The translations under genes were made by a program, and so were the position numbers. Under the pieces are notes generated by a model, which did no database searches, had not been told where the DNA came from, and saw nothing but the letters and a program-made list of their open reading frames with translations. 10,664 nucleotides of DNA, from positions 1-10,664 of the forward strand of contig JAZBOO010000166.1 in assembly GCA_036351155.1 (NCBI GenBank), given 5' to 3'. Positions within the stretch are counted from its first letter, which is position 1, and each line of letters begins with the position of its first letter. Source of the stretch: Candidatus Krumholzibacteriia bacterium (GTDB taxonomy: Bacteria; Krumholzibacteriota; Krumholzibacteriia; LZORAL124-64-63). Of the stretch, positions 1 through 7,010 are shown piece after piece.

Positions 1-1
1 G

Positions 2-2527
2 CGTGAAGCCAAGGTTCTGGCCTCCGTCAACCACACCAATATTGCGGCCATCCACGGACTGGAAGAGGACGCGGGCACCAATTTCCTGGCCATGGAACTG
101 GCCCACGGGGTCACACTCGAGCAGGTCATTGATCAGGGGGCCATGTCGGTCGAAGATGCATTGAAGGTGGCCGTGCAAATGGCCGCGGGTCTGGAAGTGG
201 CCCACGAGAAAAGTATTGTCCACCGCGATCTGAAACCGGCCAACGTGAAGCTGAGTACCGAAGGTCAGGTGAAGATCCTGGACTTCGGGCTGGCCCGGGC
301 CTACGAAGGCGAACCGGAAGAAGCGGAGAATCAGGAAACGTCCCCCACCTTGACGGCAGCCATGACCCAGGCCGGGGTCATCCTGGGCACGGCGGCCTAC
401 ATGAGCCCGGAGCAGGCTCGGGGTCATCAGGTGGATTCGCGCACCGACATCTGGGCTTTCGGGGTGATCATGTTCGAGCTCCTGTCGGGCAAAAGGTTGT
501 TCAGGGGCGAGACCGTCAGCGACACCCTGGCCATGGTCCTGCGCAGCGACCCCGACTGGGACAGTCTGCCGACTGACCTGCCGCCCAGCCTGCGCCGCTT
601 GCTGAAACGATGCCTGCAGCGTGACCGTCGCCAGCGTTTGCACCACATCGCCGACGCGCGGATTGTCATGGAAGAAATCCTCATCGACGGCACCTCGGCC
701 CACGAGGCGGTGGCCTCCAGCATGGTGGGTGCGGCCGGGCCTGCCGGGCGCATGGTCCGCGCCGGCTGGTTATTTGCGGCCTTGCTGGCCGTGACGGCCG
801 GGATTCTCGGCTGGAAGGTGACGCAAGCTCCGGCTCCCGAGGCGGAAACCCCGGTGCACTTCTCGCTGGAAATGCCCGAGGGCACCTGGATTGCCAACCA
901 GCGGCTCAGCCTGGCCATTTCCCCTGACGGGAACCAGATCGTGATGGCCCTGAACACACCCCAGGGTCGCCAGCTTCATCTGCGTTCTCTCGATTCACCG
1001 GAAATAAAACCCATCCCGGGCACCGAGCGCGGCAGCTCGCCTTTCTTTTCTCAGGACGGGCGCTGGCTGGCCTTCACCCAGGACAACCGGTTGCGTAAGG
1101 TTTCTCTCGAGGGCGGAACGCCGGTGGATCTCTGCCTCACGGAATGGGGTGGGGGCACCTGGAAGAGTGATGGCAGCATCATCATCACCCGCAGCTACGC
1201 GGGGGGAATGGATCTGGTGCCAGCCGATGGAGGCAAATCTGTGCAATTGACTCAGCCCGATATTGAAAGTGGTGAACTTGGCCACTGGTGGCCCCAGCTA
1301 CTTCCCGGTGAAGAATGGGTGGTTTATACCAGCTTCTCCACGCCCATCGACAGGGCCCGGATCATGGCCTACTCCCTGGAAACGGGAGAGCATAAACTGC
1401 TGGCCAGCGGAGCTTCCTATGGTCGCTGGTCTCCTAGCGGTCACCTGTTTTACGTGAGGGATGGGATGCTCTGGGCCGCCCCATTTGATCGCGAGGCGCT
1501 GGAGGCGACCGGAAATGCGGAGCCGGTTCTGGACGACGTTTACTACGAGGGCACCGACGGTTACAGCAACCTGGTTTTCAGTCCGAACGGCACCCTGGTT
1601 TACGTCACCGCCTCGGTGATGAACGCTCCTCTGGAACTGGTTTCAGTGGATCGTCAGGGTGTCATGACGCCTCTGGGTTTTGAGTCGGGAATTTACGAGG
1701 CTCCGCGCCTGTCCCCTGATCAAAGTCAGCTGGCCGTGGGCATTCAGGATGGCCAGAACAGGGATGTCTGGCTTCAAGACCTGGAAAGAGGCACGCGCTC
1801 ACGCTTCACCTTCTCTGAGGCGTCCGATTTTGCTCCGGTATGGTCGCCGGATGGCCGCTCTGTTTTCTACTGCCGGGAAGAACCGCAGTTTTCAATTTAC
1901 CAGCGCCCTACCGATGGTTCACAGGAACCTCAGCTTATCCTTATGGAAAAGGTGGACACCGTGCCCACCAGTATTTCTCCCGACGGAAATCTGCTTGTCT
2001 ACACCTGCTCGGGCGTGGAGATGGACAGTGATCTCTGGGTGCTGGCTCTGGATGGCTCAAGCGAGCCGCGTCCCTTGTTGCGCACGCCATTTTCGGAAAA
2101 CATGGGTGTGGTTTCACCTGATGGAAAGTGGCTGGCCTACGTCAGCAACGAGAGTGGGCGTGAAGAAGTCTACGCCATGCCTTTCCCTGATGGCGGCCCG
2201 CGAATTCAAGTATCCATCGAGGGAGGCAACGAGCCGCAGTGGTCACCCCTCGGGGATGAGATATTCTTCAGCCATCGTTCGGGCATCTTGACGGCGGCGG
2301 TGGATCTGGAACAGACCACGGCCACCACCCTGGCGGTCGGACGGCCTCGATTGCTCTTCTCCGGTGCCTTCGATATCTGCCCGTATGGGAACTCCTATGT
2401 CCCCACCGCAGATGGCCAGCGCTTCGTGATGGTTCATATTCCCACCGCGTCCATGCCCCGCACGGTGAACGTGGTCTTGAACTGGTTCACCGCACTTGAT
2501 AACAGATCACTTCCAGGGGCTCGATGA
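2..2527 (+). CDS. Hanks-type Ser/Thr protein kinase with one TM helix and C-terminal TolB-like (PD40 repeat) beta-propellers; 5'-partial
   Basis: The frame is open from base 2 (REAKVLASVNHTNIAAIHGLEE, alphaC-beta4 region), so ATG 92 is internal. Motifs HRDLKPAN, DFG, GTAAYMSPE and DIW are present. Hydrophobic WLFAALLAVTAGILGW follows, then repeated SPDG-type blades (ISPDGNQI, FSQDGRWL, WSPSGHL, FSPNGTL, WSPDGRSV, ISPDGNLL, VSPDGKWL). Stop TGA 2525-2527. Confidence 0.95.
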   Translation, partial: REAKVLASVNHTNIAAIHGLEEDAGTNFLAMELAHGVTLEQVIDQGAMSVEDALKVAVQMAAGLEVAHEKSIVHRDLKPANVKLSTEGQVKILDFGLARAYEGEPEEAENQETSPTLTAAMTQAGVILGTAAYMSPEQARGHQVDSRTDIWAFGVIMFELLSGKRLFRGETVSDTLAMVLRSDPDWDSLPTDLPPSLRRLLKRCLQRDRRQRLHHIADARIVMEEILIDGTSAHEAVASSMVGAAGPAGRMVRAGWLFAALLAVTAGILGWKVTQAPAPEAETPVHFSLEMPEGTWIANQRLSLAISPDGNQIVMALNTPQGRQLHLRSLDSPEIKPIPGTERGSSPFFSQDGRWLAFTQDNRLRKVSLEGGTPVDLCLTEWGGGTWKSDGSIIITRSYAGGMDLVPADGGKSVQLTQPDIESGELGHWWPQLLPGEEWVVYTSFSTPIDRARIMAYSLETGEHKLLASGASYGRWSPSGHLFYVRDGMLWAAPFDREALEATGNAEPVLDDVYYEGTDGYSNLVFSPNGTLVYVTASVMNAPLELVSVDRQGVMTPLGFESGIYEAPRLSPDQSQLAVGIQDGQNRDVWLQDLERGTRSRFTFSEASDFAPVWSPDGRSVFYCREEPQFSIYQRPTDGSQEPQLILMEKVDTVPTSISPDGNLLVYTCSGVEMDSDLWVLALDGSSEPRPLLRTPFSENMGVVSPDGKWLAYVSNESGREEVYAMPFPDGGPRIQVSIEGGNEPQWSPLGDEIFFSHRSGILTAAVDLEQTTATTLAVGRPRLLFSGAFDICPYGNSYVPTADGQRFVMVHIPTASMPRTVNVVLNWFTALDNRSLPGAR

Positions 2528-3686
2528 CGGCCTCTTCTTCCTCCGGCGCCCGCCTCCCGTTGAATGAACTGCCGGTGCCCCTGACCACGATCAGCTTGCC
2601 GTCACCCACCAGATAGCAATTTCCGTCCTGCATTTCATGGCCCAGGGGGATGGGCACTTGCCGCAGATACTCCCCGGCGTTGCTGAACACGTCCCAGGTT
2701 TCCAGGATCCCTTCGGGCTGGTCGTTGTTGCCGTGAGGTGTGAGCACCCACACCGTGTCATCCTCGTGGTTGTACATGATGCGCGTGATGCTCTCGTCGT
2801 GGTCGGAAATGTCCCACTGGGGATTGTCGGGATTGTTGTTGATGTTGATCAGGGGAGAAACATCGTCCTTGTCGGCCTGGGTGCGTTTCCGGGGCTTTTC
2901 GTTGCGCCCGAACACCCGCATAACCTTCCCGGTCAGATCACACACCGAAACTTCGTAGGCGTCTCTTTTCAGGGGCGCGTAGATGGTGCCGCCAGGACCC
3001 AGATCCCATCTCAGATCGTAGAAGTAGGCCTCGGTTTCCACCCAGCGATTGCCCGCGGGGTCCAGAGGGGTCTTGGCGTTGAGGATGCGGGTGAAGCTGG
3101 TGCGACTTTCGTCGGCCACCGAGAGGAAGCGGTCGGTGTGGGCCTCGCCCTGCCCTCCGAACACCAGGCGACCGCCGCTGGCGATCAGGACGCCGTCAGC
3201 CAGGCGCGTGCTCATCATGATCCCGATGTTGCCCTCGGCGGGTTCACCCACCGGGAAGAGCGAGTCGCGCGGTGTGCCGTCCAGGGTCATGGCCACGACC
3301 TTGCCGGGGAATCCCATGCCCACGCCCAGGACATCATCTTCCAGGAACACAAGGGCCATGGGCTGGCGCAGTTCGCCGGGGCCATCGCCTTGACGGCTCA
3401 GATCCGCCAGATGCTCTCCCTCCGGTGAGATGACCACCACCTGGCACAGCTGATTGTCCAGCACATACACATTGCCGTTGGGGTGCCTCTTCAGGTCCAC
3501 GATGCGTCCGAAGATGATGTCGTCCTCATCGTCTCCACCCACGCGCCACAGTTCGGTGAGCTCCAGCGGCTGGACGCCCTGGGAAGGGCCGTCGGTGTCG
3601 ATGAGTCGGGGGATGGGGTCAGTGTCGGCCAGGGCGAGCAATGGGGTGACCATGATGACCGCAATAATCAGGGTGAGCCGTCGCAT
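2487..3686 (-). CDS. Exported 6-bladed beta-propeller (NHL-like) protein, 399 aa
   Basis: AGGAG SD 5 nt before the ATG (3692-3696). Sec-type signal MRRLTLIIAVIMVTPLLALA. The segment ELWRVGG..FGRIVDL..GNVYVLDNQLCQVVVISPEGEHL..LSRQGDGPGELRQP is typical of the 6-bladed propeller/NHL family. Confidence 0.85.
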   Translation of the reverse strand: MRRLTLIIAVIMVTPLLALADTDPIPRLIDTDGPSQGVQPLELTELWRVGGDDEDDIIFGRIVDLKRHPNGNVYVLDNQLCQVVVISPEGEHLADLSRQGDGPGELRQPMALVFLEDDVLGVGMGFPGKVVAMTLDGTPRDSLFPVGEPAEGNIGIMMSTRLADGVLIASGGRLVFGGQGEAHTDRFLSVADESRTSFTRILNAKTPLDPAGNRWVETEAYFYDLRWDLGPGGTIYAPLKRDAYEVSVCDLTGKVMRVFGRNEKPRKRTQADKDDVSPLININNNPDNPQWDISDHDESITRIMYNHEDDTVWVLTPHGNNDQPEGILETWDVFSNAGEYLRQVPIPLGHEMQDGNCYLVGDGKLIVVRGTGSSFNGRRAPEEEEAVIEPLEVICYQVR

Positions 3687-3802
3687 GTTTTCTCCTGAAG
3701 CGGGGCAGTGTTTCTGGCGAGGGATGAAGAAAATACGATGGAAGTGGGCGCAGGTTGCAAGTGGTTTATTGAAAGTAGGCCCCCAGATTCTCTGCCATGG
3801 TG

Positions 3803-3808
3803 TATAAT
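3803..3808 (+). promoter_or_regulatory. Putative sigma70 -10 element
   Basis: Perfect TATAAT about 30 nt upstream of ATG 3840 in a divergent intergenic region. No well-spaced -35 seen. Confidence 0.45.
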
Positions 3809-3839
3809 CCTCGCGGGGCTTCCAAAATTGGAGGAAAAC

Positions 3840-4598
3840 ATGCCGTCCCGCCGTCGTTTACTCACTTTATCAGGCCTTTTCCTGCTTGTCACCACTCTGG
3901 CTTTTTCCCTCCCCACGTCAGTTTTGGCCGAGTGTTCAGAGGCTGATCATGTCGCCGTTTTTCTCATCAGGGGCATCGACGCGGGCTCCAGCCAGGCCCT
4001 GGAGCGAGTCTCGGTGGCGCCGGTGGGCGACGTGACCTACCCCTCGGATGCCGATATTTATACAGCCATCATGAGTATCTTTCAGGAGGCGGTGAATCCC
4101 GCCATCAGTGCGGGCCCCGTCCTGGGGAACCTGTGCTTGTGGCAAGGGGTTTCTGGCTCTGACCATCAGACCATCGTCGACCTCAGGGACGGACAGGTTC
4201 TCTTTGCGGGCACCGTGATCTGGATGGGAAGTGGTGCAGTTTTTCGCCCGGAAGACTCGTCCCATTCTTGGAGCATGGCTGGGGGTGAGGCGGCTCCGGG
4301 TCCGGCCCAGACCGGCTTGTTCGCCAATGGATACTGGGACGGCATGACGCCGACCGCCGCAGAAGTTTTTGCCCAGGGGCTGGAGTTGATCCGTGGTACG
4401 GACGTCATGCACAGCTTTGGCGGGTGCGGTGAGTACACGGCGACCGGGGTCATCTATACTCCGACCGTGGGTGCCCTGGACCCGGGGGCGGCGCAGCTGG
4501 TGATCGTGGTGGAAGGTCAGGTGGGGGCCCCGTGGAATGATCAATCTCTGGCCGTCGAATCCTTTTCGTGGGGCGGTCTCAAGGCGGTTTTTCGGTGA
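3840..4598 (+). CDS. Exported hypothetical protein A (252 aa) with C-terminal SWGGLKAVFR motif
   Basis: GGAGG SD 3830-3834 before ATG 3840, preferred over the track start 3708. Signal peptide MPSRRRLLTLSGLFLLVTTLAFSLPTSVLA. Ends LAVESFSWGGLKAVFR. Confidence 0.85.
   Translation: MPSRRRLLTLSGLFLLVTTLAFSLPTSVLAECSEADHVAVFLIRGIDAGSSQALERVSVAPVGDVTYPSDADIYTAIMSIFQEAVNPAISAGPVLGNLCLWQGVSGSDHQTIVDLRDGQVLFAGTVIWMGSGAVFRPEDSSHSWSMAGGEAAPGPAQTGLFANGYWDGMTPTAAEVFAQGLELIRGTDVMHSFGGCGEYTATGVIYTPTVGALDPGAAQLVIVVEGQVGAPWNDQSLAVESFSWGGLKAVFR
4548..4595 (+). other. Conserved C-terminal motif, copy 1 (LAVESFSWGGLKAVFR)
   Basis: Aligns without gaps to the C-termini of the next two genes. Confidence 0.8.
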
Positions 4599-4681
4599 GG
4601 GTGGTTTCAAGAATGGGTGGCTGTGGCGTTGGGCTTTTTCTTCGTCGGTCTGCCGGGTGTGAGGATTTATGGGAGGTCATC

Positions 4682-5245
4682 ATGAAGCAGGTTCTCATCA
4701 TTGCTGTCATTCTTTTGGGCGCCACCAACGCCACGGGTCAAGGGCCAACTATCGGGGCCCTTTGCGATGGTGTTGTGGCGGCGAGCAGCCAGGATTTCTG
4801 GGAAAAATGGGAGGCCGCAGACTGCGTTGTTTATGCTCAGCCCGTCTGGGCCTTGGGCTGCCTTCAGCCAGATATGGTGATGGGTGTCGGCTCGTATGAT
4901 GGGCCCGTCCCCGGTGAGTGTACCTTTGTTTTGACCGTGACCGAGGTCTGGAAAGGTGCCGGAGTTTTTGACGGCGGTGGCGTCGGAACTTCGTGGTTGA
5001 ACAATGTTGTTTTTCAAGTCGGTCCACCGCCCGGGCTCGTGACCTGGTCCCCAGAGAACTGTACGCTCGTGGTGGAAGAAAACACAGATCAGGTGTTCTT
5101 CCTTCGAGAACTGGACGGCCAGTGGATGAGCTACCAGTGCTTTGGCTCGAATATCTACGACCGGAGCTGGCTGGAAGCTGAGGTGGGTTCTCCGTTGCCC
5201 GCGGACACCATGACCTGGGGCCAGATGAAAGCCATTTATAAATGA
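4682..5245 (+). CDS. Exported Cys-containing hypothetical protein B (187 aa), possibly TIMP/NTR-like OB fold, with C-terminal TWGQMKAIYK motif
   Basis: GGAGG SD 4672-4676 before ATG 4682. Signal-like N-terminus MKQVLIIAVILLGATNATG. Six Cys. Pattern AADCVV..FVLTVTEVWKG..NC..QVFFL..C. Ends LPADTMTWGQMKAIYK. Confidence 0.85.
   Translation: MKQVLIIAVILLGATNATGQGPTIGALCDGVVAASSQDFWEKWEAADCVVYAQPVWALGCLQPDMVMGVGSYDGPVPGECTFVLTVTEVWKGAGVFDGGGVGTSWLNNVVFQVGPPPGLVTWSPENCTLVVEENTDQVFFLRELDGQWMSYQCFGSNIYDRSWLEAEVGSPLPADTMTWGQMKAIYK
5195..5242 (+). other. Conserved C-terminal motif, copy 2 (LPADTMTWGQMKAIYK)
   Basis: Aligns without gaps to copies 1 and 3. Confidence 0.8.
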
Positions 5246-5270
5246 GGGGGGCTGTGGTTGAAGCCAGCGA

Positions 5271-5330
5271 TTATCTAGCCCAGATCCCTTTACGATCCGC
5301 ACTGTAGATTTTTCCAACCGGTTGGAAAAG
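5271..5330. repeat. Intergenic 60-bp direct repeat, copy 1, containing perfect 20-bp palindrome TTTTCCAACCGGTTGGAAAA (5310-5329)
   Basis: Ungapped alignment to 7011-7070 gives 46/60 identities by manual count. Confidence 0.8.
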
Positions 5331-5366
5331 CCGGGAAATTGGGGCCAATTAATCTTCGCCCTGGGT

Positions 5367-5372
5367 TATACT
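5367..5372 (+). promoter_or_regulatory. Putative sigma70 -10 element
   Basis: TATACT about 30 nt before ATG 5403, the same geometry as TATAAT before ATG 3840. No clear -35. Confidence 0.35.
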
Positions 5373-5402
5373 CTCGATGAGGTATTCAATCTGGAGGAGA
5401 GA

Positions 5403-6005
5403 ATGGGGGATAAAATGAAAACCATCCTGATGACCATGATCGGCCTGCTCATGGCCACCGGTGCCTTCGCCGTGGTGGACCCGGATCCCAACAGTATCGG
5501 GCTGTATTTCGATGAAAATGCAGACGTCATGTGCCTGGATGGGGTGGTGCCTTTTGAACTGGTGACCATGTACATCATCCTCACCAGGCCCACGGAGGAC
5601 GTCATCTGGGGTTTTGAATTGGGCTACGACCTCGTGGGTGAAGCCGTCTGTATTTCCAACCAGATCCATGGTCCAGCAGGTACCTGCCCCGATACTCCGG
5701 CGGACAATATTATTATTGGTTTCACCGGTCCGATGCCCACCTCCGAGGCCACAATCCTGGCCACACAAGATTACCTCTACATGGACACCCAGCTCGGGCC
5801 GGTAACATTTACACTGCACGGCTCAACACCCAGTTCGGTCGATCCGAACTATCCCACGGTGTTGCTGGCGGACTCAGTTTTTTTGGTGACGGGTCTCAGC
5901 ACGTCCGGGGGGCCATCAGCTCAGATCAATGGCAACTGCGGGGTGGTGTCCGCAGACCGTACGACTTTTGACGCCTTGAAGAGTTTATATCGCAGGGTGC
6001 CGTGA
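5403..6005 (+). CDS. Exported hypothetical protein C (200 aa; alternative start 5415), beta-rich, with C-terminal TFDALKSLYR motif
   Basis: GGAGG SD 5393-5397 before ATG 5403. Signal peptide MKTILMTMIGLLMATGAFA. Alternating beta-strand patterns (IGLYFD, VTMYIIL, IWGFELGY, VTFTL) and four Cys. Ends VSADRTTFDALKSLYRRVP. Confidence 0.85.
   Translation: MGDKMKTILMTMIGLLMATGAFAVVDPDPNSIGLYFDENADVMCLDGVVPFELVTMYIILTRPTEDVIWGFELGYDLVGEAVCISNQIHGPAGTCPDTPADNIIIGFTGPMPTSEATILATQDYLYMDTQLGPVTFTLHGSTPSSVDPNYPTVLLADSVFLVTGLSTSGGPSAQINGNCGVVSADRTTFDALKSLYRRVP
5946..5993 (+). other. Conserved C-terminal motif, copy 3 (VSADRTTFDALKSLYR, followed by RVP)
   Basis: Aligns without gaps to copies 1 and 2, with W>F and G>D variants. 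Confidence 0.7.
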
Positions 6006-6034
6006 GGTTTTCGTCGGGACTGGGGCCCACTGCT

Positions 6035-6532
6035 TCAGTTTCCAAACTGAAAAAAGATGGTGGCCTCATAGTCGGTGCTGTTTTCGGGAGGAAATAGACG
6101 GCGAAAAGTGCACCTCTTGGCGGCCTCAAGCGCCGCTTGGTCCACCAGGGGATGGACCCCTCTGGTCACCCTTGCGCTGAGAACATTCCCGTCAATTCCC
6201 ACCATGGCTTTCACCCTGACAAAACCAAAGGCATTCTCTTCCTGGGCCTGAACTGAAAATTCGGCGGGCTCCCTGTGCACCATTTCAAAGTTATTTTCAT
6301 TTCTTTTCATGGGGTCCAGGGAAGAGGGGGAGGGATACTTCGGAGGTGCAGATATTGTCAGGTAGCTCGGCTCAGGAAAAACCGAGACAGGTTGGGGATG
6401 GTAGGCGCAGCCATTGACGCCCAGCATCAGGAACCCCAGAAGCAATGCGGTGAGTCGGGCCCCAGGCCAGGTGTTTCGTTTTGAAGGATAGGGAGTTTCC
6501 TGTGCCCTTCTCTCACCCGTCAGTCTGATCAA
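6035..6532 (-). CDS. TonB C-terminal domain protein, probable lipoprotein; start uncertain (TTG 6532 with GGAGG SD, or ATG 6553)
   Basis: PAEFSVQAQEENAFGFVRVKAMVGIDGNVLSARVTRGVHPLVDQAALEAAKRCTF..TIFFQF matches the TonB_C pattern. Hydrophobic LTALLLGFLML is followed by lipobox-like VNGC. Confidence 0.75.
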   Translation of the reverse strand: MIRLTGERRAQETPYPSKRNTWPGARLTALLLGFLMLGVNGCAYHPQPVSVFPEPSYLTISAPPKYPSPSSLDPMKRNENNFEMVHREPAEFSVQAQEENAFGFVRVKAMVGIDGNVLSARVTRGVHPLVDQAALEAAKRCTFRRLFPPENSTDYEATIFFQFGN

Positions 6533-6968
6533 GACCCACCCCTCCCTGAACATGCAGAGCAGGGTTCAGCCTGGCCAGCTCCTGCAGGAATCCCGCCCTA
6601 TCGCGCGGGGAGATATAGATCTCGCGGTACCCCTTGCCGAACTGTATGCGAAGCTTGTCCCGGGAAAGCGCCGCGCTGGAAAAGTAGTTCCGCGCGGGGG
6701 AAACCTTCTGGATCGTGTCCAGTGGAATCCTCCAGCTCAGCAGCCCGTGTCGGACGCAGAGCACCCCGTCGCCCAGATCGTATTAGGTCCGGACCAGGAA
6801 CAACAGGCTCATGCCCGCGCCGCCAAGACAAATCACCAGAAACCCCACCATGAGGACCATGGACATGGGATTGGCCAGGATCAGGCCGGCGGCACCGAGG
6901 CCCAGCACCACACTGGCGGTTAACAGTGCCACGACCCAGATGTCGCGTTGAGTTTGATGGCGCGTCAT
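6513..6968 (-). pseudogene. Membrane-anchored bacterial PH-domain protein (YyaB/bPH_5-like) interrupted by in-frame TAA at 6783-6785
   Basis: AGGAGG SD 6975-6980. Track ORFs 6783..6968 and 6513..6764 share one frame and read ..LFLVRT*YDLGDGVLCVRHGLLSWRIPLDTIQKV..SSAALSRDKLRIQF..IYISPRDRAGFLQEL: two TM helices followed by a bPH signature. Confidence 0.75.
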
Positions 6969-7010
6969 GAATTCCCTCCTGCTTGCTACTCTACAGGACT
7001 TTGGGTGGCG

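Noticed and set aside
2..2527. Kinase-TolB fusion as a novel system
   Set aside because: This is a known and common receptor-kinase architecture.
2637..3428. 263-aa plus-strand ORF
   Set aside because: Antisense shadow of the propeller gene, which has an SD, a signal peptide and family motifs.
3758..3770. Second IHF-like site CAAGTGGTTTATT
   Set aside because: One mismatch to a short degenerate consensus and no associated -24/-12 element seen, so too weak to call.
3936..5819. Minus-strand ORFs of 224, 216 and 156 aa
   Set aside because: Antisense to proteins A-C, which have SDs, signal peptides and the shared tail.
6783..6785. Selenocysteine or pyrrolysine recoding of the internal stop
   Set aside because: The codon is TAA; Sec uses TGA and Pyl uses TAG.
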